Of a DNA stretch of 64,000 bases, positions 41,175-49,373 are shown piece after piece. The DNA lies in NCBI GenBank assembly GCA_040756875.1, contig JBFLYH010000002.1, positions 703,078 through 767,077 on the forward strand, written 5' to 3'. Source of the DNA: a candidate division FCPU426 bacterium (lineage in GTDB: Bacteria > Oederibacteriota > JAAXVQ01 > JAUVAV01). The notes under the pieces were generated by a model that was not told the origin of the DNA, ran no database searches, and saw only the letters and a list, made by a program, of their open reading frames with translations. Position numbers and translations under genes: made by a program. How positions within the stretch are numbered: the stretch's first letter is position 1; each line of letters opens with the position of its first letter.

Positions 41175-42031
41175 TTCTTCCCCGCCGTGGCTGAACTGAT
41201 CCGCTCAGCCAGGGGTTTCAGAAAACCAAGAAATTCCATGGGCAGAATGTACTTGGCCGCCGGGCTTTCGCCGAGCGCCTTCAGGGCCTCGAGATACTGC
41301 AGGCTGATGGTCTTGTCGTCGATGCGGTTGGCGGCCGCGAAGATTTTTTCCAGGGCCTGGGCATACCCCTCGGCCTTCAGGATCTGGGCCTGGCGTTCGC
41401 CCTCGGCCTGCAAAATCCGCGATTGCCGGTCGCCTTCGGCCACGGTGATGGAAAACTGCTTTTTACCGTCCGCTTCCAGCACCAGGGCGCGCCGGGTCCG
41501 CTCGGCGGCCATTTGCTTGTTCATGGCCTCCTGCACGTCGGCCGGCGGCTGGATCTCGCGGATTTCCACGGTCGTAACCTTGACGCCCCAGCGCTCGGTG
41601 ACTTCGTCCAGTTTGGCCCGCAGCACGCGGTTGATGTCCTCGCGCTTGGCCAGCACGTCGTCCAGGGGAATGTCGCCCACCACCGCGCGCAGCGTGGTCA
41701 TGGCGATGCCCTGCGCGGCGCCGGAGAAATTGCGCACTTGGACCACCGAGTGCACGGGGTTGGTCACCTTGAGGTAGATGAGGAAGTCGATGGCAATGGG
41801 CGCGTTGTCCTTGGTGATGCAGGTTTGGGAGGGGATCTCCAGGAAAATTTCCCGCAGATCGACGCTCACGACTTTATCGATGAACGGAATGATCACCACC
41901 AGGCCCGGCCCGAGCTGGCCCTTGCAGGCCCCCAGGCGGAAGAGCACCAGGCGCTGGTACTCGGGAACGATTTTCACCGCCATCATCACCAGCAGCACGG
42001 CGGCCGCAATCAACGTGGCATAGACACCCAT
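41171..42031 (-). CDS. SPFH/stomatin-like (band 7) protein
   Basis: N-terminal TM, FRLG, PG...IPFID, ITKDN, WGVKV, AERTRRA. Confidence 0.92.
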   Translation of the reverse strand: MGVYATLIAAAVLLVMMAVKIVPEYQRLVLFRLGACKGQLGPGLVVIIPFIDKVVSVDLREIFLEIPSQTCITKDNAPIAIDFLIYLKVTNPVHSVVQVRNFSGAAQGIAMTTLRAVVGDIPLDDVLAKREDINRVLRAKLDEVTERWGVKVTTVEIREIQPPADVQEAMNKQMAAERTRRALVLEADGKKQFSITVAEGDRQSRILQAEGERQAQILKAEGYAQALEKIFAAANRIDDKTISLQYLEALKALGESPAAKYILPMEFLGFLKPLAERISSATAGKK

Positions 42032-42050
42032 GACAAGCCTCCCTGGAAAT

Positions 42051-43316
42051 TTATTCCGGCGCGACCGGCCGGACTTTCAGACGCAGTCCCTCGACTGCCT
42101 CGACCACCACGCGCTGGTTGGGCGCCAGCGGGCCGGACTCGCCCGTGGCCAGCCAGTCGTCGCCGGCCACGTGCACGATCACGCCGGCCATGGTTTTCGC
42201 CGTGACTACACCTTGGGCTCCGACCAGGCTTTCCGTACCCGAGATGGCCGGCCGCCGCCTGAGGCGCAGCGCCACCAGCGCGAACAGCATCACATAAGCC
42301 ACGGTCAGGCCGCTCATGGTCGCCAGCACCGACGTGGCCAACCGGAACGAGGGCAGGTCCGAGGGGAACAGCATGAACGATCCCAAAATCAGGGACACGG
42401 CGCCGCCCGCGGCCAAAATCCCGTGGCTCACGACGAATGCCTCCAGCACCAGCAGCACCGCGCCCAAGACCAGCAGGAGCAGGCCGGTGAGCGAGAGCGG
42501 CAGGCCTTCGAAACCCATAAGCGCCAAGAGCAGGCAGATGGCGCCCGCCACGCCGGGCAGGATCGCGCCCGGGCTCGCCAATTCGTAAATCAGCCCGTAC
42601 ACGCCCAGCAGAAACAATACGTACGTCAGATTCGGATTGGACAGGGCGTGCAGCAGCTCCTCGGTCGGCCGCACGGGCACGGGCTGCACCGGCCGGCCGG
42701 CAAGTTCCAGTTGCGGGTCCTTGGCCGCGATCTGCCGCAGCAGATCGTCGACGTCCGGGGCGATAAAATCCGCCACGCCCTGTTTGAGCGCCTCCTCGGC
42801 CGGCAAAGACAGGCTCTTGGTCACCATGCGGCCGGCCGCGTCTTCGTTGCGGCCGCGCCGGCGCGCCAGGCCGACCAGGTAGGCCGCTGCGTCGTTGGTG
42901 ATTTTGGCCGAGGCTTTCTTGCCCTGCAAATCCACCGGGTGCGCGGCGCCAAGGTTGGTGCCGGGCGTCATGGCCAGGTACGTGGCCGCTGCGCCGATGA
43001 AGGCCCCAGCTGAAGCCGCGCGGGCGCCGGCCGGATGCACGTACACCGCGGTGGGCACGGAGGCATTGAGCAGGCTCTTGGTGATGCGCCGCATGGAGGG
43101 ATCCAGGCCGCCCGGCGTGTCCAGAACGAGCAGCACCAGCGCGGCGTCAGCCTTGTGGGCGCGGGCCAGGCCCCGTTCCACGTATCGGGCCAAAATCGGG
43201 TCGATGATGCCTTCCACGTCCAGCCGTATCACCGGTCCGGCGGCCGCCTGGGCCCACCCCGGGAAACCGGCCATAATCAAGGCTATAGCTGCGATCCATC
43301 CCCGTTGTGTTCGCAC
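42051..43316 (-). CDS. nfeD: NfeD membrane-bound ClpP-class serine protease
   Basis: LDTPGG, ARAASAG, GAAHPV, TM bundle, C-terminal OB fold; adjacent to SPFH gene; start uncertain. Confidence 0.88.
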   Translation of the reverse strand: MRTQRGWIAAIALIMAGFPGWAQAAAGPVIRLDVEGIIDPILARYVERGLARAHKADAALVLLVLDTPGGLDPSMRRITKSLLNASVPTAVYVHPAGARAASAGAFIGAAATYLAMTPGTNLGAAHPVDLQGKKASAKITNDAAAYLVGLARRRGRNEDAAGRMVTKSLSLPAEEALKQGVADFIAPDVDDLLRQIAAKDPQLELAGRPVQPVPVRPTEELLHALSNPNLTYVLFLLGVYGLIYELASPGAILPGVAGAICLLLALMGFEGLPLSLTGLLLLVLGAVLLVLEAFVVSHGILAAGGAVSLILGSFMLFPSDLPSFRLATSVLATMSGLTVAYVMLFALVALRLRRRPAISGTESLVGAQGVVTAKTMAGVIVHVAGDDWLATGESGPLAPNQRVVVEAVEGLRLKVRPVAPE

Positions 43317-43346
43317 GGCAACACCCCTGGGCAGCGAGGATAATAG

Positions 43347-43385
43347 TGAATAATAGCATATTTTCAAGGGATCGCCAAAACGTAT
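43347..43385 (-). promoter_or_regulatory. conserved 39-bp promoter element, copy B (upstream of nfeD-SPFH-ACP)
   Basis: Minus strand ATACGTTTTGGCGATCCCTTGAAAATATGCTATTATTCA. Confidence 0.75.
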
Positions 43386-43395
43386 TGGCGGGCGC

Positions 43396-43716
43396 TCAGT
43401 GCAGCTTGATCTGATGCTCCTCGGGGCCGGCTGCGGCTTCCTTGATTTCGCCGAACACCTGCTCGTAGCGCGTGACGTTTTCGGACAGGGCGCGCAGGAA
43501 CCGCTTGGTGTGCCCGGGCGAACTGATGACGCGCGCCCGCACTTTGGCTTTGGGCTGCTGGGGCTGGACGAAGATGAAATCCATCACGAACTCCGTAGCG
43601 TTGTGGGCAACCAGGGCCAGGTTGACGTAGGCGCCCTGCGACGTGGCCTCGTCGATCTCCACCTGGAGCTGCAGCCCCTGCTGCGCAGGGGTTTCGGGGG
43701 TTTTGGGTTTGTTCAT
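43396..43716 (-). CDS. DUF3467-family protein
   Basis: GAYVNLALVAHNATEFVMDF, ARVISSPGHTKR, YEQVFGEI. Confidence 0.85.
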   Translation of the reverse strand: MNKPKTPETPAQQGLQLQVEIDEATSQGAYVNLALVAHNATEFVMDFIFVQPQQPKAKVRARVISSPGHTKRFLRALSENVTRYEQVFGEIKEAAAGPEEHQIKLH

Positions 43717-43717
43717 G

Positions 43718-46700
43718 TCATTGTCCTCCTGGGACGCGATAAATGCGCACGCCCTGCTGGTCGTAGACCAGGTCCAGCAGGCGGCTGAATTTTTCCAGAC
43801 CCGCGCCAGAATAGGCGCGCCGCTCGTTCTCGCCCACGAACACGTATTTGACGCGGTAGCGCCGCATGAGCTTCAGCGCCTGGCCCACATCCAGCGTGGA
43901 ATAAATCGTATCCGCGTCGCGCGTGTGGCTTGCGGTCAGTTCGGGATGGTAGCGCATCTGCTCTTCCTGCCCCACCCAGCCGATCAGGGTGGGCAGGCCG
44001 GTGAAAATCGCCACGCGCGTGTCGAAGCAATTGTACCCCCGCACGCCCGGCGCTTCCAGCACCACCTCCGTGCGGTCCACATTCTGCCGCAGCCACTCCA
44101 GGGCCGGGGCCTCGCTGCTGAGCAGGTTCCGCAGGTAGGCGAAGCCGTCGAGGGTCGGCCGCTTGAAAGCGGAGCATAGCCGCATGCGGTCGTAGACCGA
44201 CACCGGCGCGTACAGGGCCGCCACCAGGACCACGGCCGCCAGCACGCCGGCCCAGACGGCGCGGGACCACGCCGGCCTCGGCCAGAGCGCCCAGGCCAGG
44301 GGCGCGCCCAAGAGGCTCGCCGCCAGAACCCACGCCAGCCAGGGCCAGCTTTCGGTTTCCTGGAAATAATTGGCCGCGGCCCACAAGGCGAGCACGCCCA
44401 GGCCCAGCAGCAACAGCCGCCACCAGCGGCCGCGGCCGAACAGTTCCTGCCAGCGCTTCCCTTCCTCGCGGGTGCCGGGGAAAAGCCGGGCCAGCAGGCT
44501 GGCGGCCACCAGGGCGAAATAAATCCATACCACCATGTAGAACTTGAACACTGTGTTCATGCGGCTCATGTCGCCGCCCACGCCCATGAAGTCGCGGACG
44601 TGCACCAGCTCGCAGCCCCAGACCACGGCCAGGCCCAGCACGGCCAGCAGCATGGTCAGGCGCAGTTGCGGCGAGAGCGGCTGCCAGCCCAGGCTGTACA
44701 CAGCGGCCAGCAGCAGGAGCGAAAGCACGGCCAGCAGGACCTGGTCGAACATCAGCAACACCACGAGGACCACCAATCCGGAGAGCGCGGCGTACAGGGC
44801 CAGGGGATGCCTGGCCCACACCGTGGCGGCCACGCGCTGCAGGCGCTCCCACCAGGCCAGGCGCGACCGGCTGGCCCAGCCCCACTGCTTCAGCTGGCGC
44901 TGGGCCTGGGGCACGAGCTGCTGGGCCCAAAAAGTGACGGCCAGGAACACCACCAGCCCGAAAAATTCCAAAAACTCCTTGAGGGGCGTGCGCACCGCCG
45001 GATTGACCCAGGCCAAAGAGGTGGATTGCGGTTTGAAGTTCCAATGGAAGAAAAACATCAGCGCCAGGCCGCCCACCACCAGACGCAGCCAGGCCAGGCC
45101 CGCCTCGCCCAGTTCGGCCCAGGGGAAGACGCGCGCCGCGCGGCCCTTGCGTTCCTGGAAGGTTTTAGCCGCCAGCACGCCCAGGCACAGCAGGGCGTAG
45201 GGCGGGAAATTCCAGGTGTTAATCGCGGACAGGGCGCCGAGCGTCAAGGCGGTCACGAAGAAGGCCAGCCCGCGCTCCGTGCCCGTGCGCCCCGGCGCCT
45301 CCAGGAGCAGGCTGCGCTCGCGCGAGGGCGAGAGCAGGTTCATGCCCCAGGCGATCAGTGGCAGGGAGTACGGCATGGCAATAATGTGCGCGTGCAGATC
45401 GCCGTACAGGAACGAGAACCAGGGCATCTCGTTGATGGTGCCCTTGATAAGGCGCGTCGGATTCCAGATGAATTCGAACCGCCCCGCGTGGCGCAGGGCA
45501 TCGCCGAACGTGCGGCCCAGGTTGGTGAAGATATCGCCCACGTGCCAGGCGCGGTTGAACGGCTCCATCAGGTAGAAGAAGGTGTGCAGGTTGCCGGCGA
45601 GCATGGCCGCCCCGGCCGCAACCAGGCCCCAGCGCCGCTTGCCCGTCAGCGCCAGGCCCAGGCCGTACACGCCCGTGAACGTCAAGGCAAACAGCAGGGA
45701 CAGGCAGATCTGATACGACCACTGCGGCGGCACGCCGATCAGCTTGGCCAAAATGCCCAGGATCATCTGGCCGTAATAATAATAGTTGATGGAATAGCCG
45801 GACAGCCACGGATCATAGGGCGGAAAGTGCAGGCTGTGGTACACCGCGGAGAGGAAGGTCACGCCCATGGGCTCGCCGCCGCCGTTGTAGCCCTGGCCGT
45901 AGGGGTTCTTGATGTCCGGATTGTACAGCTTGGTCAGCAGATACAGGACAAAGACCGCCAGAAAAACCGCTTCAGCGACCAGCCACTCCCGGCCGCGCAG
46001 GCGCAGGAACTCGCGGATCTCGACGCGCCGGTGGTAGGCCCACAGCAGCGAGGCGCCGGCCAACAGCAGCAGCACCAGGGCCGAGGTGCCCTGCAGGTGC
46101 CGGGCCAGTCCCGCGGAGACCAGCATCCACACCACCCAGGTGAACACCAGGGTGCCGATGATTTTCGCCAGGGCCAGCCCCGAGTCCGGCAGCCGCGGAA
46201 ACAGGCTCAGGCACAACGGCAGGGCCAGGAGGCCGATGAACTCCACCAGGAGCAGCCAGGCCAGGCTCGCGGTGAAACCGTTGAGCCGGCCCAGCACGAA
46301 CACCGGGCGGCCCTGGGGTTCCCCGATGTTGGCGTTGACCACCGTGGGCAGTTCGCCCGCCGCAGGTTTGACGGCCGCCGGTTTCGGCGCCTGAACGCGG
46401 GCCGGGACTTTTTCGGCCACACGGCGCTGGATCTCGACCACGCGCTCGTCCAGGCGCCGCGCCTGCTCTTCGGGCGCGAGCGGCGGGGATTGCCGCCGGA
46501 AAAGATACACGTGCGGATGGTCGTAGAGCGTGAAACTTTCGTCCGCCGCGTCGTCCGCGAATTCGCGGCCGAAGAGCGAGGGATAATTCTTGAACTCCGC
46601 CGCCAGCTTGAATCCCAGCCGCCCCTCGAACATCAGCTCGTAGTACGCCGCGTTGATAGGGTAGCGCTCGGGCAGGCGGCGGTACACCGCGTGCGCCCGG

Positions 46701-48349
46701 GTGTCGGCCATGACGATCAGGTCGTTGGCCGCGAGCGCCTGCAGGATCATCTCGCGCTTGCGCGGGGTGTCCGGCTCCTGGATGGCCAGCTTGTTCATGC
46801 GGAAAGCCTTGGGCGTGAGCCCGGGCACGTGCGTGGGCAGGTCGTCGCCCCATTCCTCGTTGAGAACGGCCAGGGGCCGGGCCAGGCCGTTTTCCTGGAC
46901 CATGGCCGGCAGCTCCTGCTGGATCCACCGGCTGGCCGCGATCCAGGGGTGCTCGTGCCGGTAAATGGAGGTGAACGCCAGGGCCCACAACACGGTTCCG
47001 GCCAGCGCCAGGCCGATGATCGCCGCGGCCGCCTGTTTCGGCCAGCCGGTTGGGAGCCGCTGCCTGAGGCTTAGTAAAGCGTGGCTGGCCAGCAGGGCGA
47101 AGACCGGGGTCAGGGGCAGCAGGTAGCGGTTGAACTTGGCGAAGGACACGCCGATCAGGCCGAAATAGACCAGCGCGAACCCCAGGACGATCCACCAGGA
47201 CCCGTGGCGCAGCAGCAACGCGCGCAAGGCCTGCCACTGGCGCCGGAACGCCAGGCGCGCGGACTGAACGACACCGATCGCCGGATACGCCGCAAAAGCC
47301 AGCAAGCCCGCCAGACCCAGGGTCCAGCCCACGGTGTACATGAGCAGCTGCTTGATGAAATATATGTAGGGAAGGGTCTTGAGGTATTGGCGGTTGTAGG
47401 GCACGTCCGCCACGCCGGTCACCAAGATCCGGCGCTGCTCGTTCTGGTTGGTCCAGAACTTGTCCCAGTCCAGGAGCGCGTGCGGCATGGCCAGGAAAAA
47501 ACTGAGCGCCCCTGCGCCCACGGCCCAGGCCAGGTCCTGCCAGCGTTGCCGGCGGGCGGCGGGCGGGGCCTGCAGCAGGCCGAAGCCGTGGCCCAGGATG
47601 ACCGATACCGCCAGGGGCGCGGCGCTGGTCTTGGTGGCCGCGGCCAGGCCCAGGAAGACGCCGGTCAGAACATAGGCCTTGCGGCCGCCCTCGCTGGCCA
47701 GGCGCACGGACCAGTACAGCGTGGCAGCCACCAGAAACCCGAGGGGCACGTCCACCACAAAGAAGCGCGCCATTTGGACATTGAGAACCGTGAAAGAGAG
47801 AAACGCCGCGGCCAGGAGCCCGACCCAGGTGCCCTGCCCGCGGGGCGCGAGCCGGCGGCCCAGTAAAAACGTGAACACGATCGTGCCCAGGTCAAAAAAC
47901 CCGGAAAGCATGCGGCCGGCCCAGATCACGAAGCGGTTGGAATCAAAATGGCCGAACCAGCCGGCCACCGTGCTCACTGCGTCTTTGATCATCGCCAGCA
48001 CGTACATGGGGAACGTGCCGTACTGCAGGCCCGTGGGTTCCTGGGGGTAGGAGAGCTGGCTGACCACTCCGAAGATCCAGCGTTCGTCCGGGTGGAACTG
48101 GCGGTCCACGTACCAATCCGGCCGCAGGAAGCGCAGCAGCGCGGCCGCGAGCAGGATGGCGGCCAGCCACAGCCATTCCGGCTGGGCCTCCAGTTGGGCG
48201 CGCCAGCGGTTCCAAACCGCCAGGATGCGGCTGCGTTGTTGGTCCCACCATCCGGCCGGTTTGCGGGCCGGCCGGGGACGCGCTTTATGGACAGACCGGG
48301 GACGCGTTTTGCGGACTGCGCGGGATTTGACTGGGCGGCGGCTGGGCAT
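43718..48349 (-). CDS. large polytopic GT-C glycosyltransferase fusion (PMT/ArnT-like + DUF2298/YYY)
   Basis: FHPDER DE motif; second module GGEPM, PPYDPWLSGYSINYYYYG, INEMPWFSFLYGDLHAH, RMNTVFKFY. Confidence 0.82.
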   Translation of the reverse strand: MPSRRPVKSRAVRKTRPRSVHKARPRPARKPAGWWDQQRSRILAVWNRWRAQLEAQPEWLWLAAILLAAALLRFLRPDWYVDRQFHPDERWIFGVVSQLSYPQEPTGLQYGTFPMYVLAMIKDAVSTVAGWFGHFDSNRFVIWAGRMLSGFFDLGTIVFTFLLGRRLAPRGQGTWVGLLAAAFLSFTVLNVQMARFFVVDVPLGFLVAATLYWSVRLASEGGRKAYVLTGVFLGLAAATKTSAAPLAVSVILGHGFGLLQAPPAARRQRWQDLAWAVGAGALSFFLAMPHALLDWDKFWTNQNEQRRILVTGVADVPYNRQYLKTLPYIYFIKQLLMYTVGWTLGLAGLLAFAAYPAIGVVQSARLAFRRQWQALRALLLRHGSWWIVLGFALVYFGLIGVSFAKFNRYLLPLTPVFALLASHALLSLRQRLPTGWPKQAAAAIIGLALAGTVLWALAFTSIYRHEHPWIAASRWIQQELPAMVQENGLARPLAVLNEEWGDDLPTHVPGLTPKAFRMNKLAIQEPDTPRKREMILQALAANDLIVMADTRAHAVYRRLPERYPINAAYYELMFEGRLGFKLAAEFKNYPSLFGREFADDAADESFTLYDHPHVYLFRRQSPPLAPEEQARRLDERVVEIQRRVAEKVPARVQAPKPAAVKPAAGELPTVVNANIGEPQGRPVFVLGRLNGFTASLAWLLLVEFIGLLALPLCLSLFPRLPDSGLALAKIIGTLVFTWVVWMLVSAGLARHLQGTSALVLLLLAGASLLWAYHRRVEIREFLRLRGREWLVAEAVFLAVFVLYLLTKLYNPDIKNPYGQGYNGGGEPMGVTFLSAVYHSLHFPPYDPWLSGYSINYYYYGQMILGILAKLIGVPPQWSYQICLSLLFALTFTGVYGLGLALTGKRRWGLVAAGAAMLAGNLHTFFYLMEPFNRAWHVGDIFTNLGRTFGDALRHAGRFEFIWNPTRLIKGTINEMPWFSFLYGDLHAHIIAMPYSLPLIAWGMNLLSPSRERSLLLEAPGRTGTERGLAFFVTALTLGALSAINTWNFPPYALLCLGVLAAKTFQERKGRAARVFPWAELGEAGLAWLRLVVGGLALMFFFHWNFKPQSTSLAWVNPAVRTPLKEFLEFFGLVVFLAVTFWAQQLVPQAQRQLKQWGWASRSRLAWWERLQRVAATVWARHPLALYAALSGLVVLVVLLMFDQVLLAVLSLLLLAAVYSLGWQPLSPQLRLTMLLAVLGLAVVWGCELVHVRDFMGVGGDMSRMNTVFKFYMVVWIYFALVAASLLARLFPGTREEGKRWQELFGRGRWWRLLLLGLGVLALWAAANYFQETESWPWLAWVLAASLLGAPLAWALWPRPAWSRAVWAGVLAAVVLVAALYAPVSVYDRMRLCSAFKRPTLDGFAYLRNLLSSEAPALEWLRQNVDRTEVVLEAPGVRGYNCFDTRVAIFTGLPTLIGWVGQEEQMRYHPELTASHTRDADTIYSTLDVGQALKLMRRYRVKYVFVGENERRAYSGAGLEKFSRLLDLVYDQQGVRIYRVPGGQ

Positions 48350-48352
48350 GGA

Positions 48353-49225
48353 CTATTTCAGATACAGGATGAGCCCCACGGTCAGGACCCACAACAGGAT
48401 CGCCACGATCATGGGCCGGTCGCGCAGCAGGATCATCTCAGGCGCGCCGCCCTGGTTTTTCTGGTAGACGAGATAAAGATAGCGAAGCACGCCGTAAAGC
48501 ACGAACGGCACGGTGAGCATCAGTGAGCGGTAATCCTGGGCCGTGGCCGACGTGGCGGCGTAGAGGCAGTAGGCGATGATCGTGGCCGAAGCCACCACGC
48601 CCATGATCTGGTCGAGTAGCTGGGCGGAATATTCGCCCAGGGAACGGCGGTGCTGGGTCGCTTTCTCCCCCAGCACCAGGAGTTCGTGGCGGCGTTTGGC
48701 GAAGCCGAGGAACAGCGAGAGCAGCGTGGTCACGATCAGGAGCCAGCTGGAAATCGGCACCTGGATCAGCCAGGCGCCGGCCGCAGCGCGCAGCACGAAG
48801 CCCGCGGTCACGGTAAAGACATCGAGCAGCACCGCGTGCTTCAGGCCTAGGGAGTAGGCCGCGTTCAGCCCCAGGTACAGCAGCACCACGCCGAGCATGA
48901 GAGGCGAAAGGGCCGCGCTCCAGGCCAGGCTGATTGCCAGCAAAACAAAAGCGCCGGTCACGGCCGCCCGGGGCGAGATGGCTTTGGACGCCAGGGGCCG
49001 GTTTTTCTTCTGGGGATGGAGCCGGTCGCCGGGCATGTCCCGCCAGTCGTTGAAGATGTACACCACGCCGGCTGCCAGGCAGAAAATGACGAACAATTGC
49101 AACACTTGCAGCAATTTCGCGGCGTCGAACAGGTTGGCGGAAAACACCAGGCCCGCGAACACCACCAGGTTTTTCGTCCACTGTTTGGGCCGGATGAGCT
49201 GCAGGAACGCTTTCAGACCGCGCAT
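48353..49225 (-). CDS. decaprenyl-phosphate phosphoribosyltransferase-like (UbiA family)
   Basis: RPKQWTKN, YIFND..D..DRLHPQKKNRPLAS, YSLGLKH, KRRHE. Confidence 0.88.
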   Translation of the reverse strand: MRGLKAFLQLIRPKQWTKNLVVFAGLVFSANLFDAAKLLQVLQLFVIFCLAAGVVYIFNDWRDMPGDRLHPQKKNRPLASKAISPRAAVTGAFVLLAISLAWSAALSPLMLGVVLLYLGLNAAYSLGLKHAVLLDVFTVTAGFVLRAAAGAWLIQVPISSWLLIVTTLLSLFLGFAKRRHELLVLGEKATQHRRSLGEYSAQLLDQIMGVVASATIIAYCLYAATSATAQDYRSLMLTVPFVLYGVLRYLYLVYQKNQGGAPEMILLRDRPMIVAILLWVLTVGLILYLK

Positions 49226-49325
49226 GGAAATTCCTTGAAATAAGGGGATTTTAAGGCAAATGGTATCATTCAGAGGCGCGGGGTGTCAAGGCGGATTGCC
49301 TGTCCTGCCCCGGTTGCCCAGAAAA

Positions 49326-49356
49326 AAGCCCCGGCCGCAGGAACACGGCCGGGGCT
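49326..49356 (-). terminator. intrinsic terminator / 31-bp direct repeat copy 1
   Basis: AAGCCCCGGCCG-CAGGAACA-CGGCCGGGGCT hairpin with T tail on the minus strand; identical to 53773-53803. Confidence 0.85.
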
Positions 49357-49373
49357 TGAATCGCAGAGGAATA

